DNA of 63,357 bases, filler included. It is 6 parts of 6 records of this genome, joined end to end, with 100 filler letters (N's around TTAATTAATTAA, not from the genome) between each part and the next. Parts side by side here need not be neighbours in the genome. Positions count along the whole stretch, not along the records: positions 1 to 17,427 come from SRR20825010_6169; 5 more parts are not named here. One strand, 5' to 3'. A program made the position numbers and the translations under genes. Position 1 is the stretch's first letter. Every line of letters begins with the position of its first letter. The notes beneath the pieces were generated by a model. It was given only the letters and a program-made list of their open reading frames with translations. It searched no databases and was not told the DNA's origin. Positions 1 through 9,117 of the stretch are shown piece after piece.

Positions 1-30
1 AAAAAAGGATGCCGATCGGCATCCTTTTTT
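1..30. terminator. Intrinsic terminator hairpin, probably bidirectional
   Basis: AAAAAAGGATGCC-GATC-GGCATCCTTTTTT perfect inverted repeat with A and T tails. Confidence 0.75.
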
Positions 31-112
31 ATTACCTATCCAAGGTTTAAGACATTCCTTAACAAATGGTTAGAAATAATTTACTAGTTTTGGCACACTA
101 AAATTTAGAACA

Positions 113-817
113 ATGAAAAAAATTGTACTGATTCTGCTAGTTATGGCAGGATTTACAGCAAATGCACAGACAAAAAGTGATTTGCTTAAACATTATGAGG
201 CCTATTATGACCAAATGAGACAACAGGGGGATATAAATGGTGTAATTAGCGCCATAACCCACCTAAACATACTTTCCCCAAGCAAAGAGCGCAATGATAC
301 CTTGGCTTACATTTACACCACGGACAATCAACATTTACAGGCGCTAAACACAATCGGGATTGAAAAAAACGAATCTGACTCGGATTTGGCGGTCCAAGTA
401 AAAGCTATTTCCTTAAAGGCATTGAACCAACCAAAGAGGGCCTTGGAACAGTTTGAAATTCTTAATAAGAGAGGACCAAATCCGTATTTAGCATATGAAT
501 TGGCAGATTTAAAAATTCAGACCGGTGACAATGAAGGTGCAGCCGTCAATATTGAATATGGAATTGCCAATGCGAAAGACGATATGAAATATGCATTCTA
601 TGAAAGGCAACAGCCATACGAGGTTGCTTTAAAGGCTGCCTTTATCCATTTGAAGGCCCTGGTAGAATTCAATAAAGATCAAAACGACATAGATGGAGCT
701 CTGGCCACCATTGATGAAGCATTAAAAATAGATCCCAATTTTAATTTGGCCAGTCTAAGCAGACAAGCTTTACAGTCCAGAAAGGACAAACTTGAAAATA
801 AAGAAACCAAGGAATAG
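113..817 (+). CDS. Secreted tetratricopeptide-repeat-like protein
   Basis: Signal peptide MKKIVLILLVMAGFTANAQ; helical TPR-like segments (ALKIDPNF); Bacteroidota -7 promoter element TAGTTTTG at 85-92. Confidence 0.7.
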   Translation: MKKIVLILLVMAGFTANAQTKSDLLKHYEAYYDQMRQQGDINGVISAITHLNILSPSKERNDTLAYIYTTDNQHLQALNTIGIEKNESDSDLAVQVKAISLKALNQPKRALEQFEILNKRGPNPYLAYELADLKIQTGDNEGAAVNIEYGIANAKDDMKYAFYERQQPYEVALKAAFIHLKALVEFNKDQNDIDGALATIDEALKIDPNFNLASLSRQALQSRKDKLENKETKE

Positions 818-847
818 TCCAATAATTTTCTATCCCCATTTAGAAGC

Positions 848-877
848 AAAAAACCACTGTTGTACAGTGGTTTTTTT
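848..877. terminator. Bidirectional intrinsic terminator between convergent genes
   Basis: AAAAAACCACTGT-TGT-ACAGTGGTTTTTT. Confidence 0.8.
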
Positions 878-916
878 ATGCTTTAAAGATTATAAGCTCC
901 CCATTTTCACAGAGAT

Positions 917-1417
917 TTACTGTTTAATTAACTCTTCAATAATCCTGTCATCCTTTTCCTGTTTGATCAGGATTACCTCGGAGACATTTTTATTGGGAAT
1001 CACGATAGACAATACATAGTGTGCTATTTTCCAATCCCCGGACTCCTTTTTGAGCACCCCGGAGCCGCGACATAATTTCATCTGGGTATCCAACAATTCA
1101 TCAAACCAAGCATAATCCCCCTCATCATTGACGTATATTTGCCGTTCCACGGCTTTGAAGTTCCACGCCTTTCCCTTATCAAAATGAGGCTTTGCGTAGG
1201 CCTTAAATTCTTCGATCTGCCAATTCTCGGAAGCATCCGTACCAATAAACACGGCATCGGAAGTCATTAAATTAAAATAGGCATCAAAATCGGCACTTCC
1301 TGCCGCTCTATGCCAGCTATCCAAGATGTTCCCTATTTCTTTTTTATCCATTTGCACCTGAGACCTGAGCTGCAAGGACCAAAGGACTGCAAACACAAGC
1401 AGCAGGGCCCTACTCAC
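917..1417 (-). CDS. NTF2/SnoaL-like domain protein, secreted
   Basis: LDSWHRAA..ADFDAYF..FIGTD..E.W, AWFDELL, RGSGVL....WKIAHY pattern. Confidence 0.8.
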   Translation of the reverse strand: MSRALLLVFAVLWSLQLRSQVQMDKKEIGNILDSWHRAAGSADFDAYFNLMTSDAVFIGTDASENWQIEEFKAYAKPHFDKGKAWNFKAVERQIYVNDEGDYAWFDELLDTQMKLCRGSGVLKKESGDWKIAHYVLSIVIPNKNVSEVILIKQEKDDRIIEELIKQ

Positions 1418-1904
1418 TCAAAATTAGGGTAGTGTCCAATTGGCTATTGACAATAACATTGAACTGGTTCCTAAATGCATTATAAGCATCGATCATTTCT
1501 ATAGTGGAGGCTTTGGTACCCGACCTATACTCTAAATTTCCCTTTGTTTTAAGAATATAGGTCTTAAAGACCTTTTGCCTGCTCTTAATCTGGGGCTTAT
1601 CAAATGTTGCCGGATATGTAGATGCTTCCAGTGTTTTTTGTTTCTCGATCAAGTCTTCAATGACCAATTCCAAATCCTCCCTATTCGCCACCCTATACAA
1701 CGATTCAAAAGTAGTTTCCAAACCGTTGAATTCCTGCCATTCCTTTAGAATAGTCAGGGCCTGATCATTAATTTCATTGGGTTTGGGGAGTGAATCCACA
1801 CTGAAAAATTCTTCTGCCTTTTCTATAACGGCCTCTGTGCTTGCCTGCTGTTTACAAGAGCCCAACAATATGAAAACAATGAGGTAAAACAATATTCTTC
1901 CCAT
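1410..1904 (-). CDS. Hypothetical lipoprotein
   Basis: Likely start ATG 1904 (MGRILFYLIVFILLGSC, lipobox Cys), preceded by a -7-like TACCTTCG. Confidence 0.65.
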   Translation of the reverse strand: MGRILFYLIVFILLGSCKQQASTEAVIEKAEEFFSVDSLPKPNEINDQALTILKEWQEFNGLETTFESLYRVANREDLELVIEDLIEKQKTLEASTYPATFDKPQIKSRQKVFKTYILKTKGNLEYRSGTKASTIEMIDAYNAFRNQFNVIVNSQLDTTLILSE

Positions 1905-2004
1905 AGGGCGAAGGTACAAATTTTAATAAACGCCAGCTTTGGCAGCATTTAAATTTAACTAGGTTTTAATTCAAAAATCAGTCCAATCATTGAGTGATAT
2001 AGCC

Positions 2005-2045
2005 AAATTGGGAAGGCATGAACATTGGCCACACCTTCCCAATTT
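2005..2045. terminator. Hairpin downstream of rimK
   Basis: AAATTGGGAAGG...CCTTCCCAATTT 12-bp inverted repeat. Confidence 0.55.
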
Positions 2046-2071
2046 ATTTTATTTCCTCTTAAAACTAGCGG

Positions 2072-3448
2072 CTAGGAGTTAAATTTAATCTTAGTTTCTA
2101 TAGCCCTGATCATAATACTGGCAATATCCTTCCCTGTAGCATTTTCAATTCCCTCCAATCCCGGGGACGAATTTACTTCAAGCAACAAGGGCCCTTTGTT
2201 GGAACGGATGATGTCTACACCGGCAACTGCCAGGTTTAGGACTTTGGCCGCCTTTACCGCCAACTTCCTTTCCTCGGAAGTAATTTTTATAATTGATGCC
2301 TTGCCTCCTTGGTGCAGGTTAGCACGGAATTCCCCTTTTTCGGCTTGGCGCTGTATTGAGGCCACTACTTTTCCGTTGACCACAAAACAGCGGATATCCT
2401 GGCCGTTGGCTTCTTTTATGAACTCTTGTACCAAAATATTGGTCTGCACACTTTTAAAGGCGTTGATAACACTTTCAGCGGCCTTGTTTGTTTCTGCCAA
2501 AACTACGCCCTTACCTTGGGTACTTTCCAATAGTTTTATAATCAACGGAGCCCCGTTGACCATCCTGATAAGATCTTTGGTATCCATGGGAGATTTGGCA
2601 AAACCGGTAATAGGGATATGTATATCATTTTTGGAAAAAAGTTGGGATGCGAACAATTTATCCCTGGACTGGGTTATGGCTTCTGCCGAATTTAAACAAT
2701 ACACCCCAAGATTATCGAACTGCCTTATCAAGGCACAGCCGTAAAAGGTAACCGCCGGTTTTATCCTAGGAATAATGGCATCGAACTCATTTAATATGTT
2801 CCCTCCCCTATATCTGATCTCCGGTGAATTGGCATCCAGTTTCATATAGGCGTGCTCCACATTTAAAAAAACCATATCATGACCCAAGGCCTCACCGGCC
2901 TCCATTATTCGTTTGTTGCTGTACAACATTGGGTTACTGGCCAACAATGCAATTTTAAGCCCCGTTTTCTCCTTAAAATGAGAGGAATATCTCTGATTTA
3001 TTTCAGTTGCCGTGAACTCCCCCATATTAAAACTTATCGCGGGGTTTACCACAAAACGTTCATTTAGCGCCTCCCTGCCCAACAGCATACGGTATTCCAT
3101 AGTATCCCTGTTGGCCAAGGTGAGTTCAATTTCGAAGGTAAGGCTGCCTACCCTTACCGGGGTCCTTATCACATAACGCTCCTCTGATATCCCTGATGAA
3201 CTCTTAACCGTCCTTCTGTCTACCAAACGCGCCTTGCAGTCTATATTGATACCCCTATTGTCCTGTAAGGGGTTAACCTCGAACTTTACCCATTCGTGGG
3301 CCCCTTTGGTATACACTTTTATATTATTTGCCTGTATGGACGAGGTTTTTGCCCCGGAATCTACCCTGGCCTTTATAGCGGGAATCTCCAAATCCTCAAA
3401 TACACACCATTCCTCACTACCAATAATATCCAGGTCCTTATACTTCAT
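2072..3448 (-). CDS. rimK: RimK ATP-grasp glutamate ligase fused to an N-terminal retropepsin-like putative protease domain
   Basis: N-terminal [11 protein letters not shown] and MLLGR motifs; C-terminal RimK motifs [36 protein letters not shown]. Confidence 0.9.
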   Translation of the reverse strand: MKYKDLDIIGSEEWCVFEDLEIPAIKARVDSGAKTSSIQANNIKVYTKGAHEWVKFEVNPLQDNRGINIDCKARLVDRRTVKSSSGISEERYVIRTPVRVGSLTFEIELTLANRDTMEYRMLLGREALNERFVVNPAISFNMGEFTATEINQRYSSHFKEKTGLKIALLASNPMLYSNKRIMEAGEALGHDMVFLNVEHAYMKLDANSPEIRYRGGNILNEFDAIIPRIKPAVTFYGCALIRQFDNLGVYCLNSAEAITQSRDKLFASQLFSKNDIHIPITGFAKSPMDTKDLIRMVNGAPLIIKLLESTQGKGVVLAETNKAAESVINAFKSVQTNILVQEFIKEANGQDIRCFVVNGKVVASIQRQAEKGEFRANLHQGGKASIIKITSEERKLAVKAAKVLNLAVAGVDIIRSNKGPLLLEVNSSPGLEGIENATGKDIASIMIRAIETKIKFNS

Positions 3449-3569
3449 TTCTATGTCTAAATTTTCTTTTTAATTAATTGCAAAATAAAACACTTGACCC
3501 CTGGGAATCAAGAATTATTGATTATTAATTTATTAAATAACGGTTGGCTTTCGGAGATAATCCTGAAAA

Positions 3570-3986
3570 TCAGGACAAGAACATCTCTTTAGGCTTTTTG
3601 AAACATTTAAATTCTACCATGTGTCCATTTGGATCCTGAATAAAAAAGGACTTATGCTCCCCTATTTTGTCCTTTAAAAAAACGACCTCGGTGGTAAGTT
3701 CATATTCCGACTTTGTTAATTTGGCATGCAAATTATTCCAGGTACTTTCATCCACAATTACCCCAAAGTGAAAAGATGGAAGCACCGTATCTTCAAACTT
3801 ATAGGTCTTAAAGGTAAAATTAAAAATGCCGGCTTTGGTAAACGTAATCTGGTTTCCAAAGAGATTGATATCCAGCCATCGGGAAGAGTGCCTTCCCAAT
3901 TCGGCACCGATGACGTTTACGTAGAAATCTTCTGTTTTGCTTATGCTTAGGCAGGGCAGTGACATATGGAAGGGTGCATTTTTCAT
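3570..3986 (-). CDS. VOC/glyoxalase family protein
   Basis: FHMSLP, FYVNVIG, HFGVI, FFIQDPNGHMVEFK motifs. Confidence 0.8.
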   Translation of the reverse strand: MKNAPFHMSLPCLSISKTEDFYVNVIGAELGRHSSRWLDINLFGNQITFTKAGIFNFTFKTYKFEDTVLPSFHFGVIVDESTWNNLHAKLTKSEYELTTEVVFLKDKIGEHKSFFIQDPNGHMVEFKCFKKPKEMFLS

Positions 3987-4158
3987 CTATTTAAATTTAA
4001 TTTATAATAATTGAACCATCCCGACACCTAATCGGGTGCAATTCGCCATTAAACATCCACTCCCGCTAATTATTCGGTGCTTTAAGGTAGTATAAAGGCT
4101 TATTTCAAATGGCTTTATTATAATAATGATGCTTTAACTAAGGTAGTAAAAAGATCAA

Positions 4159-4947
4159 TTACAATTTACTCCACAATCTAAATACAAAAAGATCGAGAAC
4201 CTCTACCAAAATTAGGATAATAATGACCCACTCCAACCTACTGCTTTCCCTATGGTCCCAGATATCTTTGAACAACTCCAGGTTTTCCTTAATGATTCCC
4301 AATTGTTCGTGAATATTTCTATACCTTATCTTTAGGTCGAAGGTTTGTTTCAGTTCCAGGTTTAACCTATTCAGCTGCTCATTTTCCCAAGTACTTTCCG
4401 GCTCATCAAAAATATATAGGTTTTCTGAAATCTGATTTTTTATATTCAGGACCTTCCCTATAAACTTCTTGAGTTTGATTCCCGAAATGTTCAACTTTCC
4501 CTTTTTTTCCAAATATTGGGTGTGTTCATTGGTTTCTTCCAATAACTGTTGGGTAATTTCGGAATATTGGTCCAAGGCCACAGATTGGGAAGTATTCAGC
4601 ATTACCAATCTAATATACTCGGAATCAAAACTGGGCAGGATTACTTTATCGAAAGCCACCTTTTGGTGGCCTTCGATTATTTCTACTTGTATTGTTTCTG
4701 TAAATTGGGGAGCAATTTTCTCCTTGGTAATAGCGGAAAGGGCGTCTTGAACCTTTGCTTTTTCATCCTCGGAATGATTAAAAAAGGATACCAGACCATA
4801 TTGAAAGATATAGACGAATTTTTTTTCGCCATTTTTCAAATAGAGTTCATCACTGTCCGAAAACAATATTTTTAAAGGCAATTGGGATTTACATTGCCTA
4901 ATATTGATCGAAGATGCTATATGAACGGCAACAACCTCAAACATCAC
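4159..4947 (-). CDS. RMD1/YagE (DUF155) family protein
   Basis: YIFQYGLVSFFN, SQSVALDQY and C-terminal RLEWVIIILILVEV transmembrane segment. Confidence 0.8.
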   Translation of the reverse strand: MMFEVVAVHIASSINIRQCKSQLPLKILFSDSDELYLKNGEKKFVYIFQYGLVSFFNHSEDEKAKVQDALSAITKEKIAPQFTETIQVEIIEGHQKVAFDKVILPSFDSEYIRLVMLNTSQSVALDQYSEITQQLLEETNEHTQYLEKKGKLNISGIKLKKFIGKVLNIKNQISENLYIFDEPESTWENEQLNRLNLELKQTFDLKIRYRNIHEQLGIIKENLELFKDIWDHRESSRLEWVIIILILVEVLDLFVFRLWSKL

Positions 4948-4950
4948 GCG

Positions 4951-5265
4951 TTAATCATCGTCATCATCTCCCTCTACTCCTTCCAGATCCACATCTGGAA
5001 TGGCCTCTGGATCGTCATCGTCAAAATCCTCATAATCATCCTCATCGTAATTGGCCATAGTCTTTTCCAACTTGGCACTAATCTTGACAAGATATTTAGT
5101 ATCCTCGGTGGTCACCTCAACGGCCTCAATACGCTCTCCTTGCGCATTCTTGAAGGAGATGATATTAAGATCGTCGTACCCATCCGGATACTTCTCAACC
5201 AAAAGTTTCAAAACTTCGGGAGTAAGTTTTTTAAAGTCTACAATAACTCTTTTTAAATTGTCCAT
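4951..5265 (-). CDS. Small conserved hypothetical protein with an Asp/Glu-rich tail
   Basis: KRVIVDFKKLTPEVLKLLVEKYPDGY N-domain; acidic C-terminus; 3-nt gaps to both neighbours. Confidence 0.7.
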   Translation of the reverse strand: MDNLKRVIVDFKKLTPEVLKLLVEKYPDGYDDLNIISFKNAQGERIEAVEVTTEDTKYLVKISAKLEKTMANYDEDDYEDFDDDDPEAIPDVDLEGVEGDDDDD

Positions 5266-5268
5266 ATA

Positions 5269-6246
5269 CTACATGTCTAATAGGTACGCAAAAATTAAGG
5301 GCGCAACAATGGTTGCATCACTTTCAATTATAAACTTAGGGGTGTTTATATCCAATTTTCCCCAGGTAATTTTCTCATTCGGCACTGCCCCGGAGTAGGA
5401 ACCGTAACTTGTGGTAGAGTCACTAATTTGGCAAAAATAACTCCAAAACGGCGTATCTGTCCTTTCAAGATCTTGGTACAACATAGGCACCACACAAATT
5501 GGGAAATCTCCGGCAATTCCACCACCTATCTGAAAAAATCCGATCCCTTTTTCAGAATTGGCGGTATACCAATCTGCCAGAAAGGTCATATATTCAATCC
5601 CGGACTTCATGGTGCTGGCCTTTAACTCCCCCTTTACCACATAGGAGGCAAAGATATTCCCCATGGTACTGTCTTCCCAACCTGGGCAAACTATGGGCAA
5701 ATTCTTCTCGGCTGCGGCGTACATCCACGAATCCTTAAGATCTATCTCATAATACTCTTCCAAAACCCCGGAAAGCAACAATTTGTACATAAACTCATGT
5801 GGCAAATATCTTTCTCCGGCGTCCTCAGCTTTTTTCCAAATTTCAAAAATATGCTTTTGCAGCCTTCGGAAGGCTTCGTGCTCCGGAATACAGGTATCCG
5901 TTACCCTGTTCAAGCCTTTCTCCAACAGATCCCACTCGTCCTGAGGGGTTAGATCACGGTAATTGGGCACGCGCTTATAATGGGAGTGGGCTACCAGATT
6001 CATGATATCCTCTTCCAAATTGGCACCTGTACAGGATATTATATGCACCTTATCCTGACGGATAATCTCGGCAAATATCTTCCCCAATTCTGCAGTACTC
6101 ATGGCCCCAGCCAAAGAGACCAGCATTTTGGAACCCTGTTTTAGTTGATCTTCATATCCCTTGGCGGCATCCACCAAAGCGGCCGCGTTAAAATGTAAAT
6201 AATACTTTTCAATAAAATTGGAGATCTCTCCTTTAGTCTTCGTCAT
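5269..6246 (-). CDS. Deoxyhypusine synthase-like protein, probable homospermidine synthase
   Basis: LAGAMSTAELG, CTGANLEED, IGGGIAGDF, GSYSGAVPNEKITWGK motifs; likely start ATG 6246 overlapping the speB stop. Confidence 0.9.
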   Translation of the reverse strand: MTKTKGEISNFIEKYYLHFNAAALVDAAKGYEDQLKQGSKMLVSLAGAMSTAELGKIFAEIIRQDKVHIISCTGANLEEDIMNLVAHSHYKRVPNYRDLTPQDEWDLLEKGLNRVTDTCIPEHEAFRRLQKHIFEIWKKAEDAGERYLPHEFMYKLLLSGVLEEYYEIDLKDSWMYAAAEKNLPIVCPGWEDSTMGNIFASYVVKGELKASTMKSGIEYMTFLADWYTANSEKGIGFFQIGGGIAGDFPICVVPMLYQDLERTDTPFWSYFCQISDSTTSYGSYSGAVPNEKITWGKLDINTPKFIIESDATIVAPLIFAYLLDM

Positions 6247-7177
6247 CGTCGAATTTTGAATTATTATTGCCTCCCACTTTGGAATCAACGTCATAAGTGT
6301 TGTCGTATTCGTCTTCTACGGCCTCACCCATAAATTTATAGCTAAGCATTTTGTAATATAATTTGGCTGCAAGGAAATCGGAAGTTTTATCCGCTTTATT
6401 GGGACAAAGTTCCACAATATCAAATCCTACAACATTTTTATCCTCGAAAACCTGCTTTAGAAACTCCAAGGTCTCATAATAGAACAAGCCTCCCGGTTCC
6501 GGGGTTCCTGTAGATGGCATAATGGACGGATCCAATGCATCCAGGTCAAAAGTTATAAAAACATTGTCCGTCATAAGGTCTATTACCTTATCCGTCCAAT
6601 ACTCATCGTTCACCATATCATGGGCGAAGAATGTTTTCTCTTCGTCTATAAAGGTTTTTTCAATGGCATCCATACTGCGTATCCCAACTTGGATAAGATT
6701 GGTAGTCTGACTTGCCTCATGAACCGCACAGGCGTGATTAAATTTACTACCATTGTACGACTTCCTTATATCTGCATGGGCGTCTATATGCAACACGGTA
6801 AGGTTATCAAAACACTCATTAAAGGCCCTAATGGTGCCTATGGAAATTGAATGCTCGCCCCCGAAAAGAGTAACAAACTTATTCCGTTTAATATACTCCT
6901 TGGTAACCTTGTGTACCGCATTTACCATAGCCTCTGGAGAACTGTCCTCTTCTATGGCATTTGCCAAATATATCCCTTGCTGATAGACCTCCGTATCGGT
7001 TTCTATATCATACCATTCCATATTTTCCGATGCTTCCAAAAAAGCCTTTGGCCCCTTGTCCGCACCTTTTCCCCAGGTACTGGTTCCATCATAAGGCACA
7101 GGTATCAAAACAACCTTTGCCTTTTCCAATTGCGCAAACTCGTCTGGTATGCCAGCGTAATTGTTAGTTGTATTCAT
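6233..7177 (-). CDS. speB: Agmatinase
   Basis: Ureohydrolase motifs GGEHSIS, DAHAD, TFDLDALDP, TGTPEPGG. Confidence 0.93.
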   Translation of the reverse strand: MNTTNNYAGIPDEFAQLEKAKVVLIPVPYDGTSTWGKGADKGPKAFLEASENMEWYDIETDTEVYQQGIYLANAIEEDSSPEAMVNAVHKVTKEYIKRNKFVTLFGGEHSISIGTIRAFNECFDNLTVLHIDAHADIRKSYNGSKFNHACAVHEASQTTNLIQVGIRSMDAIEKTFIDEEKTFFAHDMVNDEYWTDKVIDLMTDNVFITFDLDALDPSIMPSTGTPEPGGLFYYETLEFLKQVFEDKNVVGFDIVELCPNKADKTSDFLAAKLYYKMLSYKFMGEAVEDEYDNTYDVDSKVGGNNNSKFDDDED

Positions 7178-7197
7178 TTGTTTAAAGTTTATTGATT

Positions 7198-8655
7198 TTA
7201 AAGGTCAGATTTAATTTGCTTCACAGGGCTTTGGCCAACTTTGGCTTTGGCACTGGGTTTCATTTCATATCCCAAAATTTTAAGCAGGTCCTCTGCCTTT
7301 TGTTGTTCACTAAATAATTTGGTTGTTATATTTCCGTTTTCGTCCCTATCTATTAAAATATGTTTTGGATGAGGTATTAAACAATGCTGCAACCCTCCAT
7401 ATCCTCCAATAGTTTCCTGATAGGCCCCTGTATTGAAAAATCCAATATAAAGCGGTTTATCCTTTCTATACTTGGGCAAATAAATGGCATTCATGTTTTG
7501 CTCACTATTGTAATAATCATCACTATCGCAGGTTAGTCCACCCAACAATACCCGCTCATATTCATCCTGCCAACGATTAATGGCCAACATAATAAAGCGT
7601 TTGTTAATGGCCCAGGTATCCGGTAATGTCGTAATGAAGGAGGAGTCGATCATATTCCACTTCTCCCTATCGTTCTGCTGCTTCTGATAAAGTATTTCAT
7701 AAATGGCCCCGCCACTCTCACCTACTGTAAAACTCCCAAATTCGGTAAAAATATTTGGCACTGCAACATCCGCTTCCTGACAGGCAATATTAATTTGGTT
7801 GATGATCTCATCTATCATATATTGATAATCGTAATCAAAAGCCAAAGAGTTTTTTATGGGGAACCCACCACCAATATTAAGACTGTCCAGGGATGGACAT
7901 ATCTTTTTAAGCCTCACATACACCTTTAAACATTTAACCAATTCGTTCCAATAATAGGCATTGTCACGTATCCCGGTATTAATGAAAAAGTGTAGCATTT
8001 TTAACTCTACCTTGTCATTGTCCTTAATTTGATTCTCATAAAAAGGTACAATATTTTTGTATCCGATTCCCAGTCGCGAGGTATAAAATTCGAATTTTGG
8101 CTCCTCCTCGGAGGCAATTCTGATCCCCACTTTAAAAGTATCGTTGATAGCATCCGACAAAAGGTCTATTTCCTCATAATTGTCAATAATAGGAATACAA
8201 TTCTGGTGTCCGCTGTTTATTAGATTGGCTATATTGGCAATATATTGATCCCTTTTAAAACCGTTACATATGATATAGGTATTGTCCTTGATCTTACCCT
8301 TTTCCTTTAATTTTTCAACTATATTTATATCAAAGGCCGAAGAGGTCTCAATATGAATATCATTTTTTAAGGCCTCGTTGAGAACCGGTTTAAAATGGGA
8401 ACTCTTGGTACAATAGCAATAATGGTATTTACCTTTGTAGTTATTTTTTTCCATGGCTATCTTGAACCATTCCTTCGCCTTATTGATATTTTCGGAAATT
8501 TTTGGCAAATAGGTAAACTTCAAAGGACTACCGTATTCCTCCACCAAATCCATTAATGGAATTCCATGGAACTTTAGGTTTTCACCCTCCAAGGTAAACT
8601 CCTCCTGTGGAAAATAGTAGGTTTGATCTATAAGATTAATGTACTTCGTGTTCAT
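7198..8655 (-). CDS. speA: Arginine decarboxylase (alanine-racemase fold, Bacteroidota type)
   Basis: YCTKSS (PLP Lys), LNIGGG, TEFG, LTCDSDD, GAYQE motifs; directly upstream of agmatinase. Confidence 0.88.
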   Translation of the reverse strand: MNTKYINLIDQTYYFPQEEFTLEGENLKFHGIPLMDLVEEYGSPLKFTYLPKISENINKAKEWFKIAMEKNNYKGKYHYCYCTKSSHFKPVLNEALKNDIHIETSSAFDINIVEKLKEKGKIKDNTYIICNGFKRDQYIANIANLINSGHQNCIPIIDNYEEIDLLSDAINDTFKVGIRIASEEEPKFEFYTSRLGIGYKNIVPFYENQIKDNDKVELKMLHFFINTGIRDNAYYWNELVKCLKVYVRLKKICPSLDSLNIGGGFPIKNSLAFDYDYQYMIDEIINQINIACQEADVAVPNIFTEFGSFTVGESGGAIYEILYQKQQNDREKWNMIDSSFITTLPDTWAINKRFIMLAINRWQDEYERVLLGGLTCDSDDYYNSEQNMNAIYLPKYRKDKPLYIGFFNTGAYQETIGGYGGLQHCLIPHPKHILIDRDENGNITTKLFSEQQKAEDLLKILGYEMKPSAKAKVGQSPVKQIKSDL

Positions 8656-8732
8656 TTAATTAAATATATGAATTGTAAATAAGTAAATAGCATCGCCAAA
8701 TGCAAATAATATTAGGAATTATAACTAAATCT

Positions 8733-8903
8733 CTAAACAATTATCTGCTTTTCAGTGGTGGGTATAAAAAAATAGTCGTGCTGACTGCACACGATAGAAG
8801 AAAAATTTGGAACACCAAGTAAATTTTGGCCACCTATACCTTTAAATTTCAGTTGCCTGAATCTTTCTGTTGCCAGAAGCCCAAATTTGTAAATATGGTT
8901 CAT
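8733..8903 (-). CDS. Putative 56-aa leader peptide (uORF) of the speA operon
   Basis: ATG 8903 to TAG 8733, MNHIYKFGLLATERFRQLKFKGIGGQNLLGVPNFSSIVCSQHDYFFIPTTEKQIIV; too short for the ORF track. Confidence 0.4.
   Translation of the reverse strand: MNHIYKFGLLATERFRQLKFKGIGGQNLLGVPNFSSIVCSQHDYFFIPTTEKQIIV
8766..8888 (-). ncRNA. Candidate cis-regulatory structured leader RNA ending in an intrinsic terminator
   Basis: Closing stem AAAUUUGG/CCAAAUUU; two GCAA-tetraloop hairpins; GCCAA/UUGGU hairpin; terminator-like UCGUG..CACGA followed by U7. Confidence 0.55.
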
Positions 8904-9117
8904 TGTACTCAACTAGATGCTAATATCAAGATAAAATTTAAGGCTAAATTGATGTGACAAATGAAAACAAAAAAAATGAAAAAACAAGCGTTTTAAAAAA
9001 TTTTACGTTGAAGTAAAAAATGAATTCACCCAACAGTAAAAAATTAACTAAAAATTAAATTTAAAGCGTTGATTTTTAACCTTTTCTTGACTATTTTTAA
9101 ATAAAAACCAGATAGTC

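Noticed and set aside
2196-2744. 182-aa antisense ORF, and similar antisense ORFs throughout the window
   Set aside because: They lie opposite well-supported genes and show no family motifs.
8820-8880. GGCAAC and GGUGGCCAA words reminiscent of a SAM-I riboswitch, or twin hairpins like guanidine-II
   Set aside because: The SAM-I P1 (AUC..GAU) and kink-turn P2 are not evident, and the loops are GCAA rather than the ACGR of guanidine-II.
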